Source: an uncultured Candidatus Binatia bacterium
Lineage (GTDB): Bacteria; Desulfobacterota; Binatia; UBA9968; JAJDTQ01
Length of the DNA: 64,000 nt
Direction of reading: 5' to 3'
Assembly (NCBI GenBank): GCA_965215605.1
Contig: OZ244070.1
Span: 2,112,001-2,176,000 of the forward strand
Below the pieces are notes generated by a model. It did no database searches. It saw only the letters and a program-made list of their open reading frames with translations, and was not told the DNA's origin. Positions 29,972 to 40,317 of the stretch are shown piece after piece (the first letter of the stretch is position 1; each line of letters starts with the position of its first letter). Made by a program: the position numbers and the translations under genes.

Positions 29972-30787
29972 ATGCCCGACGTCGTCCTGTCCGAAATCGT
30001 CCTCTATCTCGTATCCGGCGTGGTGCTGGGCTTTCTGATCGGCCTTACCGGCATCGGCGGCGGGGTGCTGACGGTGCCGTTCCTTTTGCTCGTCATCAAG
30101 CTCGAGCCCATCGCCGCGGTGGGGACCGCCGGCCTGTACGGCGTGCTCACCAAGATCTGGGCCGCCGTGCGGCACTACCGGCAGGGAACGGTCAACCTGG
30201 ACGTCGGCGTCCGCTTCTTTCTGGCGGCGGTCCCCGGGATCCTGTTGGGCGCGCTGGCGGTGAAGTGGAGCCGGCTCTCGCTTTCTCCGAGCGGCGTGGA
30301 GACGCTTCAGGACGTGGTGAGCTACATGGTGCTGGCGTCCATCTGCTTCGCGCTGGTGGCGCTGCTGTTCGACTACGACCGATTGGACACCGGTTTCCTC
30401 TCTTCGAGGAGGGGCGCCGTGGTGAAGTTCCCGTGCCTCTTTCTCGTGGGCGGCGTCATGGGAATGACCTCCATCGGCGGCGGCATCCTGATCATTCCCT
30501 CGCTGCTGCTCTTCTACCGGGAGACCTCCCGCTACGTCGGCACCTCGATCTTCGTGGCGCTGCTCCTGATGACGGTGATGTCTTCCCTTTACGCGTTCAT
30601 CGGCCGGGGCCAAGGGGTTACGGACGTGGATCTCACCGCCGCCGTGTTCATGTCCGCCGGCTCCCTGGGCGGGGTCCACTACGGCGCCGCCCTGTGCAAG
30701 CGCATGCACCCGAGGCGGCTTCAGGCCGTGGTGGTCGGAGTGATCGTGCTTGCGATGGCGATGATGGCGGCGGACCGGTTCTGGTAG
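29972..30787 (+). CDS. TauE/SafE (sulfite exporter) family membrane protein
   Basis: GLTGIGGGVLTVP, AVGT, GMTSIGGG, VGTS repeats. Confidence 0.85.
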   Translation: MPDVVLSEIVLYLVSGVVLGFLIGLTGIGGGVLTVPFLLLVIKLEPIAAVGTAGLYGVLTKIWAAVRHYRQGTVNLDVGVRFFLAAVPGILLGALAVKWSRLSLSPSGVETLQDVVSYMVLASICFALVALLFDYDRLDTGFLSSRRGAVVKFPCLFLVGGVMGMTSIGGGILIIPSLLLFYRETSRYVGTSIFVALLLMTVMSSLYAFIGRGQGVTDVDLTAAVFMSAGSLGGVHYGAALCKRMHPRRLQAVVVGVIVLAMAMMAADRFW

Positions 30788-30891
30788 AGATTTGACCCAA
30801 GACCGCTCAGGAACTATTAGAATAGATTGATCGGGCACGGACACGTGCCGTGCAGGCTCGGGAGGGAGCCTGCTCCTTTCACCCTGACAAA

Positions 30892-32841
30892 ATGGCGACA
30901 AACGACAAGCCCGCGAATGCTCCGGCGTCCGGCAACGGCGCGGACTCCCAGCCCGGCAAATACGTGTACGCGCGCGCGTATTCCGGCATGGCCATCGACA
31001 AGGACCGCGACACCGGTGACGACGCGGCGGTGCTGTGGCGGATCTTCAAGCTCGCGGCGACGGAGCGGCTGCGGCTGGTGCTGGCGACGGTCGCGATCCT
31101 GGCGGCCGGGATCTTCCAGATCATGATCCCCCAGTTCCTGGGGGACGCCGTGGACGGCGCCCTCCGCCTGTCGGACAGCGCGTCGGTATCCCCGGAGGAG
31201 GCGCGGGATGCCCTCTATGGAACGGCGTTGATGCTGCTGGCCGCCGCGGTCCTGCGCGGCGTGTTCACCCTGACCCACAACTACTGTGGCGAGACGCTGG
31301 GCCACCACCTCGCCTACAAGCTGCGCATGGGCTTCTACGACAAGCTGCAGCACCTGAACTTCTCCTTTCACGACCGCGTCCACACGGGCGAGCTGATCAC
31401 CCGCGGAATGCTGGACCTGGAAGGGATCCGTTCCTTCATGAACATGGGGCCGTTGCGGGTGCTGCTGTTCTCGGTCCTCATCGGGGTTGGCGCCTACGTG
31501 CTGCTGTCCACGGACATCTTCCTCGGCGCGCTGAGCCTCAGCTTCGTGCCGTTCGTAGCCTGGCGTTCAACCATCGTGAGGCGCCGGCTGCGGGAGATGT
31601 GGTTCGAGCTGCAGGAGCGAATGGCCGTGCTCGGCCGGATCATGGACGAGAACCTCACCGGCATCCGGGTGGTGCGGGCGTTCGGCGCGGAGCCCCACGA
31701 GCTGGACAAGTACCAGAACGCCTCGGACCACGCCCTGGCGCTGGCGTTCCGGCGCATCCGCACCCGGGTGGCCGCCGCCACCCAGATGAACTTCGCGTTC
31801 TTCTTAGCCATGGGCCTGGTGCTGTGGGTCGGCGGACTGCGGGTCATCAACGGTTACATGACCGTGGGCACGCTGACCGAGTTCCTGTTCTTCATGATCA
31901 TACTCCAGCAACCCGTGCGTCAGCTCGGCATGGTGGTGAATGCGTTCGCCCGTGCGTGCACCTGCGGCGCGCGCCTTTTCGCGGTGCTGGACCTGGAGCC
32001 GCCCATACGCGACCACGACGGCTCCAGGCCCCTGGAGGTCACCGACGGCGTCCTCGAGTTCGAAGACGTGTCCTTCGCCTATGCCGGGGAAGCGTCGCCG
32101 CCGGTGTTGCGCGGGGTGTCGTTCCGCGTCGAGCGGGGCAAGACCCTCGGCATCGTCGGCCCGCCGGGCAGCGGCAAATCCACCATCGCCCATCTCCTGC
32201 CTCGCTACTACGACGTCACCGGCGGGCGCATCACCGTGGACGGCCAGGACATCCGCGAAGCGACTCTCGATTCCCTGCGCCGTACCGTGCGCGTGGTGCA
32301 GCAGGACCCGTTCCTGTTCACCTCTTCGCTCGAGAACAACATCGCCTACGGCGATCCGTGGGCCGAGGACGCTGCCGTCCACGACTCCGCGGCCACCGCC
32401 CAGATCGACGGGTTCATCGACCAGTTGCCGGACCGTTACGAGACCCTGGTGGGGGAGCGTGGGGTGTCGCTGTCGGGCGGCCAGAAGCAGCGGGTGGCCA
32501 TCGCCCGCACCGCCCTGTTGCAGCCCGCGGTGCTGGTGCTCGACGATTCCATGGCTGCCATCGACGCGGGTACCGAGCAGCGTATCCGCGAGGCCCTCAA
32601 GGAGCACACGAAGCGCTGCGCCACCCTTATCGTCTCCCACCGCCTCGGGGCGTTGCGCCACGCCGACGAGATCATCTTCATCGAGGACGGCCGCATCGTC
32701 GAGCGCGGCACCCATGATGCGCTGGTGGCGGGGCAGGGCAAGTACGCGGCGCTGTTCGCGCTGCAGACCCTCGACGGCCCGCTTCAGGACATCGTGGACC
32801 TGGCGGCGGAAGCAGGGGTCGCGGAGGGAACCGACGCATGA
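30892..32841 (+). CDS. Heterodimeric ABC exporter subunit (TMD-NBD, degenerate Walker B)
   Basis: GPPGSGKST, LSGGQ, LVLDDS. Confidence 0.9.
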   Translation: MATNDKPANAPASGNGADSQPGKYVYARAYSGMAIDKDRDTGDDAAVLWRIFKLAATERLRLVLATVAILAAGIFQIMIPQFLGDAVDGALRLSDSASVSPEEARDALYGTALMLLAAAVLRGVFTLTHNYCGETLGHHLAYKLRMGFYDKLQHLNFSFHDRVHTGELITRGMLDLEGIRSFMNMGPLRVLLFSVLIGVGAYVLLSTDIFLGALSLSFVPFVAWRSTIVRRRLREMWFELQERMAVLGRIMDENLTGIRVVRAFGAEPHELDKYQNASDHALALAFRRIRTRVAAATQMNFAFFLAMGLVLWVGGLRVINGYMTVGTLTEFLFFMIILQQPVRQLGMVVNAFARACTCGARLFAVLDLEPPIRDHDGSRPLEVTDGVLEFEDVSFAYAGEASPPVLRGVSFRVERGKTLGIVGPPGSGKSTIAHLLPRYYDVTGGRITVDGQDIREATLDSLRRTVRVVQQDPFLFTSSLENNIAYGDPWAEDAAVHDSAATAQIDGFIDQLPDRYETLVGERGVSLSGGQKQRVAIARTALLQPAVLVLDDSMAAIDAGTEQRIREALKEHTKRCATLIVSHRLGALRHADEIIFIEDGRIVERGTHDALVAGQGKYAALFALQTLDGPLQDIVDLAAEAGVAEGTDA

Positions 32842-34721
32842 CCTCGACCCACCCTCAAGCCCGGGACGGGCGGGCGCGTCCGCCCAAGGCCGTGGTAGGC
32901 TCGCAGATCAGCCGTGACGAGGAGATGTTCGGCGCCGCCTTCGACCGGCACGTGGTGCGGCGTTTCATGGCCTATGTCTATCCCTACCGGCGGCGCCTCT
33001 ATGCCGCCATCGGCGCGCTGCTGCTCTTCACCGGCGCGCAGTTGGCCATCCCCCTGGTCATCCGTTACGCCGTCGACCACCCCATCGCGCGTGGCGACGC
33101 CACCCTGCTGTGGCTCGTCGTCCTGGTCTTCGCCGCCCTGATCCTGGTGAACTACGCCGCCAACTTCGCCCAGGACTGGCTCGTGGGCCGCGCCGGCGAG
33201 CAGGTCATCTTCGACCTTCGCCGCGCCATGTTCGCCCACCTGCAGTACGTGGCCATGGCCTTCATGGACAAGACCGAAGTGGGCCGCATGATGTCGCGCT
33301 TGCAGGGGGACGTGTACTCCCTTCAGGAGTTCCTGGAGAACTCCATCACCGCCCTGGGCGACCTCCTGCTCCTGTTCGGCATCGTCGCCATCATGCTGTG
33401 GCTGGATTTCGAGCTGGGCCTGCTGACGTTGTCCGTGGTGCCCATCCTCTTTTTCGTGCGCATGGTGTGGCTGCCACGGGCACGGGCCGCCTTCCGCTAC
33501 GCCCGGGAGACCAATTCCATCGCCAACGGCGCCCTCGCCGAGGGCATCCACGCGGTTCGCACCGTGCAAGGGATGCGGCGGGAGGCCGTCAATTTCCATC
33601 TCTACGACGAGAAGGCGACGGAGAACCTGAATGCCCACCTGCGCTCGGCGCAGTACGCGCAGGTGATGGTGCCCATCGTCGACACGCTGACCGGAGCGGC
33701 GCTGGGCGTCGTCATCGTGGTGGGCGGCTCGCTGGTCCTCGACGGCTCACTGAACCTCGGTGTGATGATCGCGTTTTCGTTCTACGTGCAGCGGTTCTTC
33801 GACCCGATCCGCTCCCTCACCATCCAGTACAGCGTCATGCAACGGGCCATGGCCTCCGGCCAGCGCATCTTCGAGGTGCTGGACGTGCCGCTGGCGGTGC
33901 AGGACAAGCCCGACGCTTGGTCACCCGAGACCATCGAGGGCCGGATCGAGTTCCGCGGCGTCACCTTCGGCTACGAGAAGCACCAGCCGGTGCTCAAGGA
34001 CATCAACTTCATCATCGAGCCCGGGGAGACGGTGGCGCTGGTGGGACCCACCGGCTCCGGCAAGACCAGCAGCACCGCGCTGCTGCACCGTTTCTACGAC
34101 GTGTGGGAGGGCGCCATCCTGCTCGACGGACGCGACGTGCGGGACTACTCGGCGGCGGCGCTGGGCAGGCATCTCGCCATGGTGCTGCAGGATCCGTTCC
34201 TGTTCACCGGCACGATACGGGACAACATCCGCTTCCGCACCACCGAAGCCACGGACAAGGACGTCGAGCGGGCGGCGAGGATCGTCGGCGCCCATGAGTT
34301 CATCACGCGCTGGCCGGACGGCTACGACACCGTGCTAGAGCAGGGAGGCGGCAACCTGTCGCTGGGACAGCGCCAGCTCCTGAGCTTTGCCCGCGCGCTG
34401 GTGGCCGACGCCCGGGTGCTGATCCTGGACGAGGCCACCGCCAACATCGACTCCTACACGGAGTGGCAGATTCAGGTGGGTCTCGCCGCGCTGCTGGAAG
34501 GCCGCACCGGTGTCGTCATCGCCCACCGGCTTGCCACGGTGCGGGACGCCGACCGCATCATCGTCCTGCAGGACGGCCGGATCGTCGAGACCGGCACACA
34601 CCAGGAGCTTACCGCGCGAAAGGGCCTGTACGCACGGCTGTACGCTCTCAACTACACTTCCTTCGACGATCTGCCGGAGGACCTCATCAAGGATGCGGTT
34701 GGGGAAACCGCGCGTTCCTGA
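32838..34721 (+). CDS. Heterodimeric ABC exporter subunit (TMD-NBD)
   Basis: GPTGSGKT, LSLGQ, LILDEAT, AHRL; ATGA overlap with its partner. Confidence 0.9.
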   Translation: MTSTHPQARDGRARPPKAVVGSQISRDEEMFGAAFDRHVVRRFMAYVYPYRRRLYAAIGALLLFTGAQLAIPLVIRYAVDHPIARGDATLLWLVVLVFAALILVNYAANFAQDWLVGRAGEQVIFDLRRAMFAHLQYVAMAFMDKTEVGRMMSRLQGDVYSLQEFLENSITALGDLLLLFGIVAIMLWLDFELGLLTLSVVPILFFVRMVWLPRARAAFRYARETNSIANGALAEGIHAVRTVQGMRREAVNFHLYDEKATENLNAHLRSAQYAQVMVPIVDTLTGAALGVVIVVGGSLVLDGSLNLGVMIAFSFYVQRFFDPIRSLTIQYSVMQRAMASGQRIFEVLDVPLAVQDKPDAWSPETIEGRIEFRGVTFGYEKHQPVLKDINFIIEPGETVALVGPTGSGKTSSTALLHRFYDVWEGAILLDGRDVRDYSAAALGRHLAMVLQDPFLFTGTIRDNIRFRTTEATDKDVERAARIVGAHEFITRWPDGYDTVLEQGGGNLSLGQRQLLSFARALVADARVLILDEATANIDSYTEWQIQVGLAALLEGRTGVVIAHRLATVRDADRIIVLQDGRIVETGTHQELTARKGLYARLYALNYTSFDDLPEDLIKDAVGETARS

Positions 34722-34798
34722 GCGCGGCGCAAAAGGGAAGACCGTCCGACATCCGCCGGAAGCGACCGGGATGTCGGGAGCGGGCCGGTGACGGCTCG

Positions 34799-35386
34799 TC
34801 AAATCGGTGCGGGTATCAATGCGTCCGCCTGGCTGACGATGGACTGCAGCAACCCCGGCTCCGGACGGCTCCGGGCCAGGACCAGCATGCCGAGGAGCAG
34901 GGTGTTAAGGGATCGCGCGGTGGAATCCGCGTCCACCATGTGCGAGATCTCCGCGGCAGCCTGCCCCCGCTCGATGGCGATTCGGAAGAAGTTCTCTCCG
35001 TCGGCGAAGCCATTGGCCACAAGGGCTTCGATCTCGGCGTCGTGCGGCGACAGCTCCAGGGCCGTGTTGACCAGAAAGCAGCCATCACGGGAGCCTTGAT
35101 CGAGCACGTTGTCCGCAACGGCCTCGAACGCCTTCAGCACCGCCTCGCGTGGCGCCTTCGAGGTCGAAAGACCCGCGAAGCGGTTCGTGCGCTCCTGGTC
35201 GTAGTAGCGCAACGCCCTCAGAAAGAGGGAGCGTTTGCCGCCGAAGGTCCCGTAAAGGCTGCCCCGGCCGATGCCCATCCCGTCCACGAGGTCCTGTATG
35301 GACGTCGCCTTGTATCCATGGACCCAGAAGAGCCTCATGGCCTTCATCAAGGCCTCTTGTTCGTCAAACTCCTTCGGTCTACCCAT
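34799..35386 (-). CDS. TetR/AcrR-family regulator (NemR/ComR-like)
   Basis: MGRPKEFD…FWVHGY…TSIQDL…SLYGTFGGK; GCFLVN. Confidence 0.92.
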   Translation of the reverse strand: MGRPKEFDEQEALMKAMRLFWVHGYKATSIQDLVDGMGIGRGSLYGTFGGKRSLFLRALRYYDQERTNRFAGLSTSKAPREAVLKAFEAVADNVLDQGSRDGCFLVNTALELSPHDAEIEALVANGFADGENFFRIAIERGQAAAEISHMVDADSTARSLNTLLLGMLVLARSRPEPGLLQSIVSQADALIPAPI

Positions 35387-35694
35387 TACCCCTGCCCTTC
35401 ATACGCCCACCTCGTCGTCCACGGGAATGCGGGATACCCTTAGAATGGCTCACGAACTCACATATAACGAAGCATCGAACGAGATATTACAATAGTGATA
35501 TGCCTGTCGGCAAACGGCGAAATGCCCTTTAATTGCCGATTCGCGAAGCGACCATCCGACAGGCTTACGAAATCAATGGTTGCTTATTCGCGAAAAAGCG
35601 CACTGATCGGTTCCAGTTCGGTTGTTGAGCGGCGATGGCGGTCGGTCGGGAAGGTTGCGGTTTACGCCCCTCCGTGCAGCCGGTCAGAGACGGC

Positions 35695-36969
35695 TCAAGG
35701 GCGGCTCCCGTCAAAAGGACAGGGAAGGAGATGGGTTTCCGCGTTCAGGTCGTGGACCGAGCCGCAACCCAGAAGGCGCATGGTGTCTTCGATTTCTTTC
35801 CTGAGAATGGCGAATGTCTTGCGGACACCCGCTTCGCCGCCCGCGCCGAGCCCGTAGACGTAGGCCCGTCCGGCCAGCACGGCATCCGCGCCGTGGGCCA
35901 GCGCAATCACCACATCGGCGCCTGACCGCACGCCGCCGTCCAGCAGGATGCGGACCCCGGATCCCTTCAGGGCGGGCGCGATCTCCTTCAGCATGTACAG
36001 GGTCGGATAGACACGGTCCAGTTGGCGGCCGCCGTGGTTGGAGACGACGATGGCGTCGGCTCCGTGTTCCGCGGCCAGCCGGGCGTCCTCCACGCATTGC
36101 ACGCCCTTGACGATAACCGGCCGGTCCCCGCCCCAGACTCCCCGTATCCACGGCAGGTGCTCCCAGGTGATGGCGGAAGCGCGCAGTTGGGTGCCGATGT
36201 CGGTGTACGGCATGGGCGTGCCGTCGTTCTGGATGACGTTGCGGAACTGCATCATTCCGCCGTCCGAGGCGTAGCTCTTGAGCCAGGAGAGATGCCGCAT
36301 CATCTGGGGTGCGAACCTCAGTTTCTGGACCGGGGTTCCGTTGATGGCCCGCGACGCGCCCATCCACTCATGGTGCGCGCGGTTTCCGGGGACGGCGGTG
36401 TCGATGGTCAGGATGAGCGCGGAATAGCCGGCCTTCTTCGCCCGCTCGATGCCGCGCGCCGCGACCTCTTCACCGCCGATGAGATAGAGCTGGAACCAGC
36501 AGCGCCCCTTGGAGGCGGCGCTGACCTCCTCCAGGTCCGTTCCGGTGAGCGTGGAGAGTGTGCAGATGGTGCCGGCCTCGCCGACGGCCTTGGCCGCCAC
36601 CGCCTCGCCCCGGGGCCAGATCATCCGCGGGCTGCCGATGGGTCCCGCGATCACCGGCAGGTCGATCTCCTGCCCGAGGATCTCGGTATGCAGCTCCACC
36701 GACGGCAGCCGTACCCCGGACCTGGGCTTGAAACGTTCCCGCCGGAACGCTTCGACGTTGTCCCGGAGGGTGATCTCGTCGTCGGCGCCGCCGCGGTAGT
36801 ACTCCCTGACGATGGGGGGCACGCGCTTCTCCATCACCTGGCGGAGATGGTCCACCGTCACGCACCGTTCCACCTCTCTTGCCCAGCGCTTCTCGGCGCG
36901 AGAGTGGGCGCCTCTCAGGTAGGGTCCGAGCAGGAACATTCCAGGAAGGATAGAGGCCGTTGGCTCCAC
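35695..36969 (-). CDS. FMN-dependent alpha-hydroxy-acid oxidase/dehydrogenase (start may be 36939)
   Basis: GGADDEITL, WFQLY, VSNHGGRQLD, DGGVRSG. Confidence 0.9.
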   Translation of the reverse strand: MEPTASILPGMFLLGPYLRGAHSRAEKRWAREVERCVTVDHLRQVMEKRVPPIVREYYRGGADDEITLRDNVEAFRRERFKPRSGVRLPSVELHTEILGQEIDLPVIAGPIGSPRMIWPRGEAVAAKAVGEAGTICTLSTLTGTDLEEVSAASKGRCWFQLYLIGGEEVAARGIERAKKAGYSALILTIDTAVPGNRAHHEWMGASRAINGTPVQKLRFAPQMMRHLSWLKSYASDGGMMQFRNVIQNDGTPMPYTDIGTQLRASAITWEHLPWIRGVWGGDRPVIVKGVQCVEDARLAAEHGADAIVVSNHGGRQLDRVYPTLYMLKEIAPALKGSGVRILLDGGVRSGADVVIALAHGADAVLAGRAYVYGLGAGGEAGVRKTFAILRKEIEDTMRLLGCGSVHDLNAETHLLPCPFDGSRP

Positions 36970-37032
36970 ACGTCAATCCAGCACGATTCGTCGTCGAGTC
37001 TCTTGATGGGACGAGGTGTTTTCACAGGCGGC

Positions 37033-38277
37033 TCATACTGTTGAATTCAACTGCCTCCGTACCTTGCCGGTGCCGACGAATTGCGACAACAGGCGGTAAT
37101 TCCGCCGTTCATGCCGAACCCGGCCGGCGACGATGGCTGGATGAATCTGCGCGGCATTCGCCAGGCTCATGACGGCGAACGGCGTGGGTTGCTTCCGAAC
37201 ATCGGTTGTTTCCCAAACGTCGAGCGGGATGAACGCTTCTTCGGCCCATTGGTCGGCCTGCGTTTCTTTCGGGTCCGTCACACCGATCACGTTCCGGAGA
37301 GTCAGGTCATCAATGAAAGACTCGTCCTCATTGCCGTCAAGGTGCAGCCCAACGTGGGCCAGTTCGTGCATCAGGCAGAACCAGAAGTTGTCGATGCGGT
37401 CGTAGCGTAGCGTCAGTCCTATGACTGGCCTACCGCTGGCGAGCCGCAATGCAGCACCGTCAAGGTAGGTTCTCGGCAGGTGCCGCACAAATTCGATGCC
37501 GATGCCGTGCTCTCTCAGGAAGTCCCTTGCCTGGAGGGGGCCGTCTTCGTGGGGGCTGAACTGTGCGACACGACGGAGAAAGTCCATAGTGACGACACCG
37601 GGCTCGTAGGGGACCTCTGACTTCCGCTCGTTGGCCGAGGCCATTACCCGCCAGCACCATGCCTTGAGCGCGTATTCGTTGGTCTTGGCGTTGACTCGAC
37701 GGTTGTCGTTCTTCCGGTACAGCGGGGCGACGGCGACGGCGAACCCTCCCGCTCGACGGATCAGCCCGCCGATCAACTCTTCGGCATGATCGGTCAGGTC
37801 AGGCAAGTCCGGAATCCATCCCCGCTTCGCCATCTCCTTGAGCGGGAATCGGCGCGGCTCCATGTCATTGAAAGCAGCGTCCAGGTCGCTGCCCGGCTTC
37901 TGGAGCAGCACGTCGGCGGGTATTCCCAAATGTCGGTTGAGTGCCCGTGCCATCGACATGGTGATGTCCCGCTTGCCCGACAGGACCTCCGCGACTTTGC
38001 TGCGGCTCCCGATGTGGGGTATGAGGTCGCGCTGTGTCAGGGTCTGCTGGTCCATGCGATACTTGATGGCGGCGGCGGCGCTGGGAAGACTGAAGGGGTG
38101 ATGCCGTTCCTCGTAGAACTCCACCAGATCGGTGAGGACATCAAGCTCGACCCTGTCCGGGTCGTCGGTATCCTCCACCTGCCCCTCCGGACCCGACAAG
38201 GCATTCATAAGCTCGTCGATCCGAGCCAGAGCTGCGTCGTAATCCCCTTTGGTGCGGATTGGCTTGATGCTGGCCAT
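37033..38277 (-). CDS. higA: HigA-type HTH antitoxin fused to an ImmA/IrrE metallopeptidase domain
   Basis: IKPIRT…YE, HTH (IGSRSKVAEVLSGKR), RYDRIDNFWFCLMHELAH (HExxH). Confidence 0.88.
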   Translation of the reverse strand: MASIKPIRTKGDYDAALARIDELMNALSGPEGQVEDTDDPDRVELDVLTDLVEFYEERHHPFSLPSAAAAIKYRMDQQTLTQRDLIPHIGSRSKVAEVLSGKRDITMSMARALNRHLGIPADVLLQKPGSDLDAAFNDMEPRRFPLKEMAKRGWIPDLPDLTDHAEELIGGLIRRAGGFAVAVAPLYRKNDNRRVNAKTNEYALKAWCWRVMASANERKSEVPYEPGVVTMDFLRRVAQFSPHEDGPLQARDFLREHGIGIEFVRHLPRTYLDGAALRLASGRPVIGLTLRYDRIDNFWFCLMHELAHVGLHLDGNEDESFIDDLTLRNVIGVTDPKETQADQWAEEAFIPLDVWETTDVRKQPTPFAVMSLANAAQIHPAIVAGRVRHERRNYRLLSQFVGTGKVRRQLNSTV

Positions 38278-38278
38278 G

Positions 38279-38434
38279 TTACACCTCCTCCACATTGACA
38301 CGGTCATATTCGGTGTGGGTGCCGATAAACCGTATGTAGATGAGACGCCCTGGGTAAAACACCCTGACGATCATTCGATATTCGTTCCCTTTGAACCTGA
38401 AGACGACTCGGTCACTCCCGACGATGCTCCGGTC
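38279..38434 (-). pseudogene. higB: 5'-truncated HigB toxin (C-terminal half only)
   Basis: Manual translation SIVGSDRVVFRFKGNEYRMIVRVFYPGRLIYIRFIGTHTEYDRVNVEEV*, preceded in frame by TAA TAG. Confidence 0.85.
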
Positions 38435-38457
38435 CTATTAAGGACTCAAGTACAAAC

Positions 38458-39354
38458 CTATCTTTGTTTCGGATCCAGCGCGTCGCGGAGGCCGTCGCCG
38501 AGGAAGTTGAGGCTGAACAGGGTGACCGCGAGGAAAGTGGCCGGGAAGACCAGGGCCCAAGGCTGGGTTTCCATCTGGGTCGCGCCCTCGCTGATCAGCA
38601 CACCCCAACTCGTCATGGGTTCCTGGATGCCCAGGCCCAGGAAGCTCAGGAAGCTCTCGAACAGGATGGCGCGGGGGACGGTGAGGGTGGCGAAGACGAC
38701 CACCGGCCCGACGAGGTTGGGGATGACGTGCCGCAGGACGATCCACATGGACGGCGCGCCCATGGCCCGGGCCGCTTCCACGAACTCCCGGCGCTTGATG
38801 GAGAGGGTCTCGCCGCGCACGATGCGCGCCATGTCGAGCCATTCCACCATGCCGATGGCCACGAAAATCAGCACCACGTGGCGGCCGAAGTAGACCATCA
38901 GCAGAATCACGAAGAACATGAAGGGCAGGGCGTAGAGGATATCAACGAAGCGCATCATGAGGGAGTCGGCGACGCCGCCGAAATAGCCAGAGACCGTGCC
39001 CCAGGCGACTCCGACGAGGATGCTGACCACCGACGCCGCGAGCCCCACCGTGAGGGAGATGCGCCCGGCATATAGGGTGCGCAGGAACAGGTCCCGGCCG
39101 TTGGCGTCGGTGCCGAACGGGTGGCCGCCGGCCAGGGTGGGGCCGGTGCCGATGGCGTCCCAGAAGATCTCGTCGATGGCGTAGGGTGAGAGCGTCGGGA
39201 CGATTGCCGAGAGGACCGCAAGCACGCTCAACGTCGCCAGCCCGGCCATGGCTGCCCGGTTTCGCCGGAGGTGGCTGGCGGCGTCGCGCCAGGGGCTTCG
39301 GCCGGCGACGGTCGCTGCCCGGGGGCGCGGGGTTGCCGTTGCGGCCTCAGTCAC
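38458..39354 (-). CDS. oppC: Oligopeptide ABC permease
   Basis: HPFGTDANGRD, MRFVDILYALP, FVEAARAMG, LGDGLRDALDP. Confidence 0.92.
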   Translation of the reverse strand: MTEAATATPRPRAATVAGRSPWRDAASHLRRNRAAMAGLATLSVLAVLSAIVPTLSPYAIDEIFWDAIGTGPTLAGGHPFGTDANGRDLFLRTLYAGRISLTVGLAASVVSILVGVAWGTVSGYFGGVADSLMMRFVDILYALPFMFFVILLMVYFGRHVVLIFVAIGMVEWLDMARIVRGETLSIKRREFVEAARAMGAPSMWIVLRHVIPNLVGPVVVFATLTVPRAILFESFLSFLGLGIQEPMTSWGVLISEGATQMETQPWALVFPATFLAVTLFSLNFLGDGLRDALDPKQR

Positions 39355-40270
39355 GGCGCACCCGTGGATCCAGCACCCCGTACAGCAGGTCCACCGCGAG
39401 GTTGAGCGCGATGATGAGGGTGCCGTAGGTGACCACGACGCCCATCACCAGCGTGTAGTCGCGGTTCAGGGCGCCCTGGACGAAGTAGCGGCCGAGGCCC
39501 GGAATCCCGAAGATCTGCTCGATGACTACCGAGCCGGTGACGATGGCGGCGGTGGCGGGCCCCAGGTAGGAGACCACCGGGGTGAGCGCGTTCTTGAGGG
39601 CGTGGCGGAATACGATGCGCCGCTCCGTCAGCCCCTTGGCGCGGCCGGTACGGATGAAGTCGGCGGACAGCACCTCGATCATGCTGCCACGGGACAGGCG
39701 CGCGATGTAGGCCACTTGCGGCAACGCCAGGGAGATCACCGGCAGCAGCAGGTGCCGGATGCCGCCGTCGCCCCAGCCGCCCACGGGCAGCAGGTTCAGG
39801 TAGACGCCGATGACGAGCGACAGCAGCGGCGCCACCACGAAGTTGGGCACCGCGATTCCGGTCATGGCGAGGCCCATGACCAGATGGTCCGCGGCGGAGT
39901 TGCGCCGCCTGGCCGCCCAAGCGCCGAGGACGACCCCGAAGAGGACCGCCGTGACCATGGCCAGCAGGCCGATCTTGAGCGATACCGGAAAGCCGGCGGC
40001 GATCAGCTCGGTGACGGTGAAGTCGCGGTATTTGAAGGACGGGCCGAAGTCTCCGCGCGCGAGGCCCTGGAGGTAGCGGAGGAACTGTTGCGGCAGGGGT
40101 TCGTCGAGGTGGTAGACACGGTTCAGGTTGGCCGAGATCTCAGGCGGGACCACCCGTTCCCGGTCGAAGGGTCCCCCCGGCGCCAGCCGGATCATGAAGA
40201 ACGCGATGGCGATGATGATGAACAGCGTCGGCAGGGCCGACGCCAACCGCCGTATCACATAGGTCCACAA
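39347..40270 (-). CDS. oppB: Oligopeptide ABC permease (TTG start inferred)
   Basis: APGGPF, GDFGPSFKY, RAKGL, EQIFGIPGLG, LDPRV. Confidence 0.9.
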   Translation of the reverse strand: MWTYVIRRLASALPTLFIIIAIAFFMIRLAPGGPFDRERVVPPEISANLNRVYHLDEPLPQQFLRYLQGLARGDFGPSFKYRDFTVTELIAAGFPVSLKIGLLAMVTAVLFGVVLGAWAARRRNSAADHLVMGLAMTGIAVPNFVVAPLLSLVIGVYLNLLPVGGWGDGGIRHLLLPVISLALPQVAYIARLSRGSMIEVLSADFIRTGRAKGLTERRIVFRHALKNALTPVVSYLGPATAAIVTGSVVIEQIFGIPGLGRYFVQGALNRDYTLVMGVVVTYGTLIIALNLAVDLLYGVLDPRVRRD

Positions 40271-40317
40271 GGGAGGTCCACGATGGCTGGCGGCCTGACG
40301 CCCCGCACTCCGGCCGG

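Noticed and set aside
30892-34721. Apparently defective ABC ATPase motifs (DDS, LSLGQ)
   Set aside because: This is the normal degenerate site of heterodimeric exporters such as TmrAB and TM287/288.
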